NCBI RefSeq assembly: GCF_009914755.1
Contig: NC_060944.1
Source of the DNA: the human T2T-CHM13v2.0 reference genome, Homo sapiens
Length of the DNA stretch: 64,000 nt
Strand: one strand, 5' to 3'
Shown: positions 12,501 to 27,500 of the stretch, piece after piece
Layout: each line of letters begins with the position of its first letter
Position numbering within the stretch: the stretch's first letter is position 1
Position numbers and translations under genes: made by a program
Notes under the pieces: model-generated
Told to the model about the DNA's origin: nothing
Seen by the model: the letters and a program-made list of their open reading frames with translations, nothing else
Databases searched by the model: none

Positions 12501-15500
12501 AAAGGTTCAACTCTGTGAGCTGAATGCACACAACACAAACAAGTTTCTGAGAATGCTGCTGTCTAGATTTTATGTGCGGATATTTCGTTTTCCACCATAG
12601 GCATCAAAGCGCTCCAAATATCCAACCGCAGATTGTACAAAAATAGTGTTTCAACACTGCTCTATCCAATAAAAAGGTTCAACTCTGTGAGTTGAATGCA
12701 CACATCACAACGAAGTTTCTGAGAATGCTTCTGCTCTAGTTTTTTTTGTGAAGGTGTTTCCTTTTCCACCATAGGCCTCAAAGCGCTCCAAATATCCACT
12801 TTCAGATTCCTGAAAAAGAGTGTTTTAAAACTCCTCTATCAACATAAGTGTTGAACTCTGTGAGTTGAATGCACTCATCACAAAGATACTTCTGAGAATG
12901 CTTACGCCTAGTTTTTATGTGTAGGTATTTCCTTTTCCACCATAGGCCTCAAAGCACTCCAAATATCCACTTTCAGATTCTAGAAATAGAGTGATTTAAA
13001 ACTGCTCTATCCACAGAAAGGTTCGACTCTGTGAGTTGAATGCACTTATCACAAAGAAGTTTCTGAGAATGCTTCTGTCTAGTTTTTATGTGAAGATATT
13101 TCCTTTTCCACCATAAGCCTCAAAGCACTCCAAATATCTACTTACAGATTCTACAAAAAGAGTTTCAAAACTGCTCTACAAAAGAAAGGTTCAACTCTGT
13201 GAGTTGAATTCACACATCACAAAGAAGTTTCAGAGAATGCTTCTGTCTAGTTTTTATGTGAAGATATTTCCTTTTACACCATAGGCCTCAAACCGCTCCA
13301 AATATCCACTTGCAGATTCTGCAAAAAGACATTTTCAAAACTGCTCAATCAAAGGAAAGCTCAACTCTGTGAGTTGAATGTACACAACACAAACAAGTTT
13401 CTGAGAATGCTGCTGTCTAGTTTTTATGGGCGGATATTTCCTTTTCCACCATATGCATCAAAGCGCTCCAAATATCCAACTGCAGATTCTACAAAAAGAG
13501 TGTTTCAAAACTGCTCTATCAAAGAAAGGTTCAACTCTGTGAGTTGAATGCACACATCACAAAGACGTTTCTGAGAATGCTTCTGCTCTAGTTTTTTTGT
13601 GAAGGTGTTTCCTTTTCCACCATAGGCCTCAAAGCGCTCCAAATATCCACTTGCAGATTCTTCAGAAAGAGTGTTTCAAAACTGCTCAATCATAGGAAAA
13701 GTTCAACTCTGTGAGTTGAATGCACACACCACAAAGAAGTTTCTGAGAATGCTTCTGTCTAGTTTTTATGTGAAGATATTTCCTTTTACACCATAGGCCT
13801 CAAACTGCTCCAAATATCCACTTGTGGATTCTACAAAAAGACTATTTCAAAACTGCTCAATCAAAGGAAAGGTTCAACTCTGTGAGCTGAATGCACACAA
13901 CACAAACAAGTTTCTGAGAATGCTGCTGTCTAGATTTCATGTGCGGATATTTCGTTTTCCACCATAGGCATCAAAGCGCTCCAAATATCCAACCGCAGAT
14001 TGTACAAAAATAGTGTTTCAAAACAGCTCTATCAAACAAAAAGGTTCAACTCTGTGAGTTGAATGCACACATCACAACGAAGTTTCTGAGAATGCTTCTG
14101 CTCTAGTTTTTTTTGTGAAGGTGTTTCCTTTTCCACCATAGGCCTCAAAGCGCTCCAAATATCCACTTTCAGATTCCTGAAAAAGAGTGTTTTAAAACTC
14201 CTCTATCAATTTAAGTTTTCAACTCTGTGAGTTGAATGCACTCATCACAAAGATACTTCTGAGAATGCTTACGCCTAGTTTTTATGTGTAGGTATTTCCT
14301 TTTCCACCATAAGCCTCAAAGCACTCCAATTATCCACTTTCAGATTCTAGAAAAAGAGTGATTTAAAACTGCTCTATCAACAGAAAGGTTCGACTCTGTG
14401 AGTTGAATGCACTTATCACAAAGAAGTTTCTGAGAATGCTTCTGTCTAGTTTTTATGTGAAGATATTTCCTTTTCCACCATAAGCCTCAAAGCGCTCCAA
14501 ATATCTACTTACAGATTCTACAAAAAGAGTTTCAAAACTGCTCTACAAAAAAAAGGTTCAACTCTGTGAGTTGAATTCACACATCACAAAGAAGTTTCAG
14601 AGAATGCTTCTGTCTAGTTTTTATGTGAAGATATTTCCTTTTACACCATAGGCCTCAAACCGCTCCAAATATCCACTTGCAGATTCTGCAAAAAGACTTT
14701 TTCAAAACTGCTCAATCAAAGGAAAGCTCAACTCTGTGAGTTGAATGCACACAACACAAAAAAGTTTCTGAGAATGCTGCTGTCTAGTTTTTATGGGCGG
14801 ATATTTCCTTTTCCACCATAGGCATCAAAGCGCTCCAAATATCCAACTGCAGATTCTACAAAAAGAGTGTTTCAAAACTGCTCTATCAAAGAAAGGTTCA
14901 ACTCTGTGAGTTGAATGCACACATCACAAAGACGTTTCTGAGAATGCTTCTGCTCTAGTTTTTTTGTGAAGGTGTTTCCTTTTCCACCATAGGCCTGAAA
15001 GCGTTCCAAATATCCACTTGCAGATACTTCAGAAAGAGTGTTTCAAAACTGCTCAATCATAGGAAAAGTTCAACTCTGTGAGTTGAATGCACACAACACA
15101 AAGAAGTTTCTGAGAATGCTTCTGTCTAGTTTTTATGTGAAGATATTTCCTTTTACACCATAGGCCTCAAACTGCTCCAAATATCCACTTGTGGATTCTA
15201 CAAAACGACTATTTCAAAACTGCTCAGTCAAAGGAAAGGTTCAACTCTGTGAGCTGAATGCACACAACACAAACAAGTTTCTGAGAATGCTGCTGTCTAG
15301 ATTTTATGTGCGGATATTTCGTTTTCCACCATAGGCATCAAAGCGCTCCAAATATCCAACCGCAGATTGTACAAAAATAGTGTTTCAAAACTGCTCTATC
15401 AAATAAAAAGTTTCAACTCTGTGAGTTGAATGCACACATCACAACGAAGTTTCTGAGAATGCTTCTGCTCTAGTTTTTTCTGTGAAGGTGTTTCCTTTTC

Positions 15501-18500
15501 CACCATAGGCCTGAAAGCGCTCCAAATATCCACTTTCAGATTCCTGAAAATGAGTGTTTTAAAACTCCTCTATCAACATAAGTGTTCAACTCTGTGAGTT
15601 GAATGCACTCATCACAAAGATATTTCTGAGAATGCTTACGCCTAGTTTTTATGTGTAGGTATTTCCTTTTCCACCATAGGCCTCAAAGCACTCCAAATAT
15701 CCACTTTCAGATTCTAGAAAAAGAGTGATTTAAAACTGCTCTATCAACAGAAAGGATCGACTCTGTGAGTTAAATGCACTTATCACAAAGAAGTTTCTGA
15801 GAATGCTTCTGTCTAGTTTTTATGTGAAGATATTTCCTTTTCCACCATAAGCCTCAAAGCACTCCAAATATGTACTTACAGATTCTACAAAAAGAGTTTC
15901 AAAACTGCCCTACAAAAGAAAGGTTCAACTCTGTGAGTTGAATTCACACATCACAAAGAAGTTTCAGAGAATGCTTCTGTCTAGTTTTTATGTGAAGATA
16001 TTTCCTTTTACACCATAGGCCTCAAACCGCTCCAAATATCCACTTGCAGATTCTGCAAAAAGACTTTTTCAAAACTGCTCAATCAAAGGAAAGCTCAACT
16101 CTGTGAGTTGAATGCACACAACTCAAACAAGTTTCTGAGAATGCTGCTGTCTAGTTTTTATGTGCGGATATTTCCTTTTCCACCATAGGCATCAAAGCGC
16201 TCCAAATATCCAACTGCAGATTCTACAAAAAGAGTGTTTCAAAACTGCTCTATCAAAGAAAGGTTCAACTCTGTGAGTTGAATGCACACATCACAAAGAC
16301 GTTTCTGAGAATGCTTCTGCTCTAGTTTTTTTGTGAAGGTGTTTCCTTTTCCACCATAGGCCTGAAAGCGTTCCAAATATCCACTTGCAGATACTTCAGA
16401 AAGAGTGTTTCAAAACTGCTCAATCATACGAAAAGTTCAACTCTGTGAGTTGAATGCACACAACACAAAGAAGTTTCTGAGAATGCTTCTGTCTAGTTTT
16501 TATGTGAAGATATTTCCTTTTACACCATAGGCCTCAAACTGCTCCAAATATCCACTTGTGGATTCTACAAAACGACTATTTCAAAACTGCTCAGTCAAAG
16601 GAAAGGTTCAACTCTGTGAGCTGAATGCACACAACACAAACAAGTTTCTGAGAATGCTGCTGTCTAGATTTTATGTGCGGATATTTCGTTTTCCACCATA
16701 GGCATCAAAGCGCTCCAAATATCCAACCGCAGATTGTACAAAAATAGTGTTTCAAAACTGCTCTATCAAATAAAAAGTTTCAACTCTGTGAGTTGAATGC
16801 ACACATCACAACGAAGTTTCTGAGAATGCTTCTGCTCTAGTTTTTTCTGTGAAGGTGTTTCCTTTTCCACCATAGGCCTGAAAGCGCTCCAAATATCCAC
16901 TTTCAGATTCCTGAAAATGAGTGTTTTAAAACTCCTCTATCAACATAAGTGTTCAACTCTGTGAGTTGAATGCACTCATCACAAAGATATTTCTGAGAAT
17001 GCTTACGCCTAGTTTTTATGTGTAGGTATTTCCTTTTCCACCATAGGCCTCAAAGCACTCCAAATATCCACTTTCAGATTCTAGAAATAGAGTGATTTAA
17101 AACTGCTCTATCCACAGAAAGGTTCGACTCTGTGAGTTGAATGCACTTATCACAAAGAAGTTTCTGAGAATGCTTCTGTCTAGTTTTTATGTGAAGATAT
17201 TTCCTTTTCCACCATAAGCCTCAAAGCACTCCAAATATCTACTTACAGATTCTACAAAAAGAGTTTCAAAACTGCTCTACAAAAGAAAGGTTCAACTCTG
17301 TGAGTTGAATTCACACATCACAAAGAAGTTTCAGAGAATGCTTCTGTCTAGTTTTTATGTGAAGATATTTCCTTTTACACCATAGGCCTCAAACCGCTCC
17401 AAATATCCACTTGCAGATTCTGCAAAAAGACATTTTCAAAACTGCTCAATCAAAGGAAAGCTCAACTCTGTGAGTTGAATGTACACAACACAAACAAGTT
17501 TCTGAGAATGCTGCTGTCTAGTTTTTATGGGCGGATATTTCCTTTTCCACCATATGCATCAAAGCGCTCCAAATATCCAACTGCAGATTCTACAAAAAGA
17601 GTGTTTCAAAACTGCTCTATCAAAGAAAGGTTCAACTCTGTGAGTTGAATGCACACATCACAAAGACGTTTCTGAGAATGCTTCTGCTCTAGTTTTTTTG
17701 TGAAGGTGTTTCCTTTTCCACCATAGGCCTCAAAGCGCTCCAAATATCCACTTGCAGATTCTTCAGAAAGAGTGTTTCAAAACTGCTCAATCATAGGAAA
17801 AGTTCAACTCTGTGAGTTGAATGCACACACCACAAAGAAGTTTCTGAGAATGCTTCTGTCTAGTTTTTATGTGAAGATATTTCCTTTTACACCATAGGCC
17901 TCAAACTGCTCCAAATATCCACTTGTGGATTCTACAAAAAGACTATTTCAAAACTGCTCAATCAAAGGAAAGGTTCAACTCTGTGAGCTGAATGCACACA
18001 ACACAAACAAGTTTCTGAGAATGCTGCTGTCTAGATTTCATGTGCGGATATTTCGTTTTCCACCATAGGCATCAAAGCGCTCCAAATATCCAACCGCAGA
18101 TTGTACAAAAATAGTGTTTCAAAACAGCTCTATCAAACAAAAAGGTTCAACTCTGTGAGTTGAATGCACACATCACAACGAAGTTTCTGAGAATGCTTCT
18201 GCTCTAGTTTTTTTTGTGAAGGTGTTTCCTTTTCCACCATAGGCCTCAAAGCGCTCCAAATATCCACTTTCAGATTCCTGAAAAAGAGTGTTTTAAAACT
18301 CCTCTATCAATTTAAGTTTTCAACTCTGTGAGTTGAATGCACTCATCACAAAGATACTTCTGAGAATGCTTACGCCTAGTTTTTATGTGTAGGTATTTCC
18401 TTTTCCACCATAAGCCTCAAAGCACTCCAATTATCCACTTTCAGATTCTAGAAAAAGAGTGATTTAAAACTGCTCTATCAACAGAAAGGTTCGACTCTGT

Positions 18501-21500
18501 GAGTTGAATGCACTTATCACAAAGAAGTTTCTGAGAATGCTTCTGTCTAGTTTTTATGTGAAGATATTTCCTTTTCCACCATAAGCCTCAAAGCGCTCCA
18601 AATATCTACTTACAGATTCTACAAAAAGAGTTTCAAAACTGCTCTACAAAAAAAAGGTTCAACTCTGTGAGTTGAATTCACACATCACAAAGAAGTTTCA
18701 GAGAATGCTTCTGTCTAGTTTTTATGTGAAGATATTTCCTTTTACACCATAGGCCTCAAACCGCTCCAAATATCCACTTGCAGATTCTGCAAAAAGACTT
18801 TTTCAAAACTGCTCAATCAAAGGAAAGCTCAACTCTGTGAGTTGAATGCACACAACACAAAAAAGTTTCTGAGAATGCTGCTGTCTAGTTTTTATGGGCG
18901 GATATTTCCTTTTCCACCATAGGCATCAAAGCGCTCCAAATATCCAACTGCAGATTCTACAAAAAGAGTGTTTCAAAACTGCTCTATCAAAGAAAGGTTC
19001 AACTCTGTGAGTTGAATGCACACATCACAAAGACGTTTCTGAGAATGCTTCTGCTCTAGTTTTTTTGTGAAGGTGTTTCCTTTTCCACCATAGGCCTGAA
19101 AGCGTTCCAAATATCCACTTGCAGATACTTCAGAAAGAGTGTTTCAAAACTGCTCAATCATAGGAAAAGTTCAACTCTGTGAGTTGAATGCACACAACAC
19201 AAAGAAGTTTCTGAGAATGCTTCTGTCTAGTTTTTATGTGAAGATATTTCCTTTTACACCATAGGCCTCAAACTGCTCCAAATATCCACTTGTGGATTCT
19301 ACAAAACGACTATTTCAAAACTGCTCAGTCAAAGGAAAGGTTCAACTCTGTGAGCTGAATGCACACAACACAAACAAGTTTCTGAGAATGCTGCTGTCTA
19401 GATTTTATGTGCGGATATTTCGTTTTCCACCATAGGCATCAAAGCGCTCCAAATATCCAACCGCAGATTGTACAAAAATAGTGTTTCAAAACTGCTCTAT
19501 CAAATAAAAAGTTTCAACTCTGTGAGTTGAATGCACACATCACAACGAAGTTTCTGAGAATGCTTCTGCTCTAGTTTTTTCTGTGAAGGTGTTTCCTTTT
19601 CCACCATAGGCCTGAAAGCGCTCCAAATATCCACTTTCAGATTCCTGAAAATGAGTGTTTTAAAACTCCTCTATCAACATAAGTGTTCAACTCTGTGAGT
19701 TGAATGCACTCATCACAAAGATATTTCTGAGAATGCTTACGCCTAGTTTTTATGTGTAGGTATTTCCTTTTCCACCATAGGCCTCAAAGCACTCCAAATA
19801 TCCACTTTCAGATTCTAGAAAAAGAGTGATTTAAAACTGCTCTATCAACAGAAAGGATCGACTCTGTGAGTTAAATGCACTTATCACAAAGAAGTTTCTG
19901 AGAATGCTTCTGTCTAGTTTTTATGTGAAGATATTTCCTTTTCCACCATAAGCCTCAAAGCACTCCAAATATGTACTTACAGATTCTACAAAAAGAGTTT
20001 CAAAACTGCCCTACAAAAGAAAGGTTCAACTCTGTGAGTTGAATTCACACATCACAAAGAAGTTTCAGAGAATGCTTCTGTCTAGTTTTTATGTGAAGAT
20101 ATTTCCTTTTACACCATAGGCCTCAAACCGCTCCAAATATCCACTTGCAGATTCTGCAAAAAGACTTTTTCAAAACTGCTCAATCAAAGGAAAGCTCAAC
20201 TCTGTGAGTTGAATGCACACAACTCAAACAAGTTTCTGAGAATGCTGCTGTCTAGTTTTTATGTGCGGATATTTCCTTTTCCACCATAGGCATCAAAGCG
20301 CTCCAAATATCCAACTGCAGATTCTACAAAAAGAGTGTTTCAAAACTGCTCTATCAAAGAAAGGTTCAACTCTGTGAGTTGAATGCACACATCACAAAGA
20401 CGTTTCTGAGAATGCTTCTGCTCTAGTTTTTTTGTGAAGGTGTTTCCTTTTCCACCATAGGCCTGAAAGCGTTCCAAATATCCACTTGCAGATACTTCAG
20501 AAAGAGTGTTTCAAAACTGCTCAATCATACGAAAAGTTCAACTCTGTGAGTTGAATGCACACAACACAAAGAAGTTTCTGAGAATGCTTCTGTCTAGTTT
20601 TTATGTGAAGATATTTCCTTTTACACCATAGGCCTCAAACTGCTCCAAATATCCACTTGTGGATTCTACAAAACGACTATTTCAAAACTGCTCAGTCAAA
20701 GGAAAGGTTCAACTCTGTGAGCTGAATGCACACAACACAAACAAGTTTCTGAGAATGCTGCTGTCTAGATTTTATGTGCGGATATTTCGTTTTCCACCAT
20801 AGGCATCAAAGCGCTCCAAATATCCAACCGCAGATTGTACAAAAATAGTGTTTCAAAACTGCTCTATCAAATAAAAAGTTTCAACTCTGTGAGTTGAATG
20901 CACACATCACAACGAAGTTTCTGAGAATGCTTCTGCTCTAGTTTTTTCTGTGAAGGTGTTTCCTTTTCCACCATAGGCCTGAAAGCGCTCCAAATATCCA
21001 CTTTCAGATTCCTGAAAATGAGTGTTTTAAAACTCCTCTATCAACATAAGTGTTCAACTCTGTGAGTTGAATGCACTCATCACAAAGATATTTCTGAGAA
21101 TGCTTACGCCTAGTTTTTATGTGTAGGTATTTCCTTTTCCACCATAGGCCTCAAAGCACTCCAAATATCCACTTTCAGATTCTAGAAAAAGAGTGATTTA
21201 AAACTGCTCTATCAACAGAAAGGATCGACTCTGTGAGTTAAATGCACTTATCACAAAGAAGTTTCTGAGAATGCTTCTGTCTAGTTTTTATGTGAAGATA
21301 TTTCCTTTTCCACCATAAGCCTCAAAGCACTCCAAATATGTACTTACAGATTCTACAAAAAGAGTTTCAAAACTGCCCTACAAAAGAAAGGTTCAACTCT
21401 GTGAGTTGAATTCACACATCACAAAGAAGTTTCAGAGAATGCTTCTGTCTAGTTTTTATGTGAAGATATTTCCTTTTACACCATAGGCCTCAAACCGCTC

Positions 21501-24500
21501 CAAATATCCACTTGCAGATTCTGCAAAAAGACTTTTTCAAAACTGCTCAATCAAAGGAAAGCTCAACTCTGTGAGTTGAATGCACACAACTCAAACAAGT
21601 TTCTGAGAATGCTGCTGTCTAGTTTTTATGTGCGGATATTTCCTTTTCCACCATAGGCATCAAAGCGCTCCAAATATCCAACTGCAGATTCTACAAAAAG
21701 AGTGTTTCAAAACTGCTCTATCAAAGAAAGGTTCAACTCTGTGAGTTGAATGCACACATCACAAAGACGTTTCTGAGAATGCTTCTGCTCTAGTTTTTTT
21801 GTGAAGGTGTTTCCTTTTCCACCATAGGCCTCAAAGCGCTCCAAATATCCACTTGCAGATCCTTCAGAAAGAGTGTTTCAAAACTGCTCAATCATACGAA
21901 AAGTTCAACTCTGTGAGTTGAATGCACACAACACAAAGAAGTTTCTGAGAATGCTTCTGTCTAGTTTTTATGTGAAGATATTTCCTTATACACCATAGGC
22001 CTCAAACTGCTCCAAATATCCACTTGTGGATTCTACAAAAAGACTATTTCAAAACTGCTCAATCAAAGGAAAGGTTCAACTCTGAGAACTGAATGCACAC
22101 AACACAAACAAGTTTCTGAGAATGCTGCTGTCTAGATTTTATGTGCGGATATTTCGTTTTCCACCATAGGCATCAAAGCGCTCCAAATATCCAACCGCAG
22201 ATTGTACAAAAATAGTGTTTCAAAACTGCTCTATCAAATAAAAAGTTTCAACTCTGTGAGTTGAATGCACACATCACAACGAAGTTTCTGAGAATGCTTC
22301 TGCTCTAGTTTTTTCTGTGAAGGTGTTTCCTTTTCCACCATAGGCCTCAAAGCGCTCCAAATATCCACTTTCAGATTCCTGAAAAAGAGTGTTTTAAAAC
22401 TCCTCTATCAACATAAGTGTTCAACTCTGTGAGTTGAATGCACTCATCACAAAGATATTTCTGAGAACGCTTCCGCCTAGTTTTTATGTGTAGGTATTTC
22501 CTTTTCCACCATAGGCCTCAAAGCACTCCAAATATCCACTTTCAGATTCTAGAAAAAGAGTGATTTAAAACTGCTCTATCAACAGAAAGTATCGACTCTG
22601 TGAGTTAAATGCACTTATCACAAAGAAGTTTCTGAGAATGCTTCTGTCTAGTTTTTATGTGAAGATATTTCCTTTTCCACCATAAGCCTCAAAGCGCTCC
22701 AAATATCTACTTACAGATTCTACAAAAAGAATTTCAAAACTGCCCTACAAAAGAAAGGTTCTACTCTGTGAGTTGAATTCACACATCACAAAGAAGTTTC
22801 AGAGAATGCTTCTGTCTAGTTTTTATGTGAAGATATTTCCTTTTACACCATAGGCCTCAAACCGCTCCAAATATCCACTTGCAGATTCTGCAAAAAGACT
22901 TTTTCAAAACTGCTCAATCAAAGGAAAGCTCAACTGTGTGAGTTGAATGCACACAACACAAACAAGTTTCTGAGAATGCTGCTGTCTAGTTTTTATGGGC
23001 GGATATTTCCTTTTCCACCATAGGCATCAAAGCGCTCCAAATATCCAACTGCAGATTCTACAAAAAGAGTGTTTCAAAACTGCTCTATCAAAGAAAGGTT
23101 CAACTCTGTGAGTTGAATGCACACATCACAAAGACGTTTCTGAGAATGCTTCTGCTCTAGTTATTTTGTGAAGGTGTTTCCTTTTCCACCATAGGCCTCA
23201 AAGCGCTCCAAATATCCACTTGCAGATTCTTCAGAAAGAGTGTTTCAAAACTGCTCAATCATAGGAAAAGTTCAACTCTGTGAGTTGAATGCACACAACA
23301 CAAAGAATTTTCTGAGAATGCTTCTGTCTAGTTTTTATGTGAAGATATTTCCTTTTACACCATAGGCCTCAAACTGCTCCAAATATCCACTTGTGGATTC
23401 TACAAAAAGACTATTTCAAAACTGCTCAGTCAAAGGAAATGTTCAACTCTGTGAGCTGAATGCACACAACACAAACAAGTTTCTGAGAATGCTGCTGTCT
23501 AGATTTTATGTGCGGATATTTCGTTTTCCACCATAGGCATCAAAGCGCTCGAAATATCCAACCGCAGATTGTACAAAAATAGTGTTTCAAAACTGCTCTA
23601 TCAAAAAAAAAGGTTCAACTCTGTGAGTTGAATGCACACATCACAACGAAGTTTCTGAGAATGCTTCTGCTCTAGTTTTTTTTGTGAAGGTGTTTCCTTT
23701 TCCACCATAGGCCTCAAAGCGCTCCAAATATCCACTTTCAGATTCCTCAAAAAGAGTGTTTTAAAACTCCTCTATCAACATAAGTGTTCAACTCTGTGAG
23801 TTGAATGCACTCATCACAAAGATACTTCTGAGAATGCTTACGCCTAGTTTTTATGTGTAGGTATTTCCTTTTCCACCATTGGCCTCAAAGCACTCCAAAT
23901 ATCCACTTTCAGATTCTAGAAAAAGAGTGATTTAAAACTGCTCTATCAACAGAAAGGTTCGACTCTGTGAGTTGAATGCACTTATCACAAAGAAGTTTCT
24001 GAGAATGCTTCTGTCTAGTTTTTATGTGAAGATATTTCCTTTTCCACCATAAGCCTCAAAGCGCTCCAAATATCTACTTACAGATTCTACAAAAAGAGTT
24101 TCAAAACTGCTCTACAAAAGAAAGGTTCAACTCTGTGAGTTGAATTCACACATCACAAAGAAGTTTCAGAGAATGCTTCTGTCTGGTTTTTATGTGAAGA
24201 TATTTCCTTTTACACCATAGGCCTCAAACCGCTCCAAATATCCACTTGCAGATTCTGCAAAAAGACATTTTCAAAACTGCTCAATCAAAGGAAAGCTCAA
24301 CACTGTGAGTTGAATGCACACAACACAAACAAGTTTCTGAGAATGCTGCTGTCTAGTTTTTATGGGCGGATATTTCCTTTTACACCATAGGCCTCAAAGC
24401 GCTCCAAATATCCAACTGCAGATTCTACAAAAAGAGTGTTTCAAAACTGCTCTATCAAAGAAAGGTTCAACTCTGTGAGTTGAATGCACACATCACAAAG

Positions 24501-27500
24501 ACGTTTCTGAGAATGCTTCTGCTCTAGTTTTTTTGTGAAGGTGTTTCCTTTTCCACCATAGGCCTCAAAGCGCTCCAAATATCCACTTGCCGATTCTTCA
24601 GAAAGAGTGTTTCAAAACTGCTCAATCATAGGAAAAGTTCAACTCTGTGAGTTGAATGCACACAACACAAAGAAGTTTCTGAGAATGCTTCTGTCTAGTT
24701 TTTATGTGAAGATATTTCCTTTTACACCATAGGCCTCAAACTGCTCCAAATATCCACTTGTGGATTCTACAAAAAGACTTTTTCAACACTGCTCAATCAA
24801 AGGAAAGGTTCAACTCTGTGAGCTGAATGAACACAACACAAACAAGTTTCTGAGAATGCTGCTGTCTAGATTTTATGTGCGGATATTTCGTTTTCCACCA
24901 TAGGCATCAAAGCGCTCCAAATATCCAACCGCAGATTGTACAAAAATACTGTTTCAAAACAGCTCTATCAAATAAAAAGGTTCAACTCTGTGAGTTGAAT
25001 GCACACATCACAAAGAAGTTTCTGAGAATGCTTCTGCTCTAGTTTTTTTTGTGAAGGTGTTTCCTTTTCCACCATAGACCTCAAAGCGCTCCAAATATCC
25101 ACTTTCAGATTCCTGAAAAACACTGTTTTAAAACTCCTCTATCAACATAAGTGTTCAACTCTGTGAGTTGAATGCACTCATCACAAAGATATTTCTGAGA
25201 ATGCTTCCACCTAGTTTTTATGTGTAGGTATTTCTTTTTCCACCATAGGCCTCAAAGCACTCCAAATATCCACTTTCAGATTCTAGAAAAAGAGTGATTT
25301 AAAACTGCTCTATCAACAGAAAGGTTCGACTCTGTGAGTTGAATGCACTTATCAGAAAGAAGTTTCTGAGAATGCTTCTGTCTAGTTTTTATGTGAAGAT
25401 ATTTCCTTTTCCACCATAAGCCTCAAAGCGCTCCAAATATCTACTTACAGATTCTACAAATAGAGTTTCAAAACTGCTCTACAAAAGAAAGGTTCAACTC
25501 TGTGATTTGAATTCACACATCACAAAGAAGTTTCAGAGAATGCTTCTGTCTGGTTTTTATGTGAAGATATTTCCTTTTACACCATAGGCCTCAAACCGCT
25601 CCAAATATCCACTTGCAGATTCTGCAAAAAGACATTTTCAAAACTGCTCAATCAAAGGAAAGCTCAACACTGTGAGTTGAATGCACACAACACAAAAAAG
25701 TTTCTGAGAATGCTGCTGTCCAGTTTTTATGGGCGGATATTTCCTTTTCCACCATAGGCATCAAAGCGCTCCAAATATCCAACTGCAGATTCTACAAAAA
25801 GAGTGTTTCAAAACTGCTCTACCAAAGAAAGGTTCAACTCTGTGAGTTGAATGCACACATCACAAAGACGTTTCTGAGAATGCTTCTGCTCTAGTTTTTT
25901 TGTGAAGGTGTTTCCTTTTCCACCGTAGGCCTCAAAGCGCTCCAAATATCCACTTGCAGATTCTTCAGAAAGAGTGTTTCAAAACTGCTCAATCATAGGA
26001 AAAGTTCAACTCTGTGAGTTGAATGCACACAACACAAAGAAGTTTCTGAGAATGCTTCTGTCTAGTTTTTATGTGAAGATATTTCCTTATACACCATAGG
26101 CCTCAAACTGCTCCAAATATCCACTTGTGGATTCTACAAAAAGACTATTTCAAAACTGCTCAATCAAAGGAAAGGTTCAACTCTGTGAGCTGAATGCACA
26201 CAACACAAACAAGTTTCTGAGAATGCTGCTGTCTAGATTTTATGTGCGGATATTTCGTTTTCCACCATAGGCATCAAAGCGCTCCAAATATCCAACCGCA
26301 GATTGTACAAAAATAGTGTTTCAAAACTGCTCTATCAAATAAAAAGGTTCAACTCTGTGAGTTGAATGCACACATCACAACGAAGTTTCTGAGAATGCTT
26401 CTGCTCTAGTTTTTTTTGTGAAGGTGTTTCCTTTTCCACCATAGGCCTCAAAGCGCTCCAAATATCCACTTTCAGATTCCTGAAAAAGAGTGTTTTAAAA
26501 CTCCTCTATCAACATAAGTGTTCAACTCTGTGAGTTGAATGCACTCATCACAAAGATACTTCTGAGAATGCTTACGCCTAGTTTTTATGTGTAGGTATTT
26601 CCTTTTCCACCATAGGCCTCAAAGCACTCCAAATATCCACTTTCAGATTCTAGAAAAAGAGTGATTTAAAACTGCTCTATCAACAGAAACGTTCGACTCT
26701 GTGAGTTGAATGCACTTATCACAAAGAAGTTTCTGAGAATGCTTCTGTCTAGTTTTTAAGTGAAGATATTTCCTTTTCCACCATAAGCCTCAAAGCGCTC
26801 CAAATATCTACTTACAGATTCTACAAAAAGAGTTTCAAAACTGCTCTACAAAAGAAAGGTTCAACTCTGTGAGTTGAATTCACACATCACAAAGAAGTTT
26901 CAGAGAATGCTTCTGTCTGGTTTTTATGTGAAGATATTTCCTTTTACACCATAGGCCTCAAACCGCTCCAAATATCCACTTGCAGATTCTGCAAAAAGAC
27001 ATTTTCAAAACTGCTCAATCAAAGGAAAGCTCAACACTGTGAGTTGAATGCACACAACACAAACAAGTTTCTGAGAATGCTGCTGTCTAGTTTTTATGGG
27101 CGGATATTTCCTTTTCCACCATAGGCATCAAAGCGCTCCAATTATCCAACTGCAGATTCCACAAAAAGAGTGTTTCAAAACTGCTCTATCAAAGAAAGGT
27201 TCAACTCTGTGAGTTGAATGCACACATCACAAAGACGTTTCTGAGATTGCTTCTGCTCTAGTTTTTTTGTGAAGGTGTTTCCTTTTCCACCATAGGCCTC
27301 AAAGCGCTCCAAATATCCACTTGCAGATTCTTCAGAAAGAGTGTTTCAAAACTGCTCAATCATAGGAAAAGTTCAACTCTGTGAGTTGAATGCACACAAC
27401 ACAAAGAAGTTTCTGAGAATGCTTCTGTCTAGTTTTTATGTGAAGATATTTCCTTTTACACCATAGGCCTCAAACTGCTCCAAATCTCCACTTGTGGATT

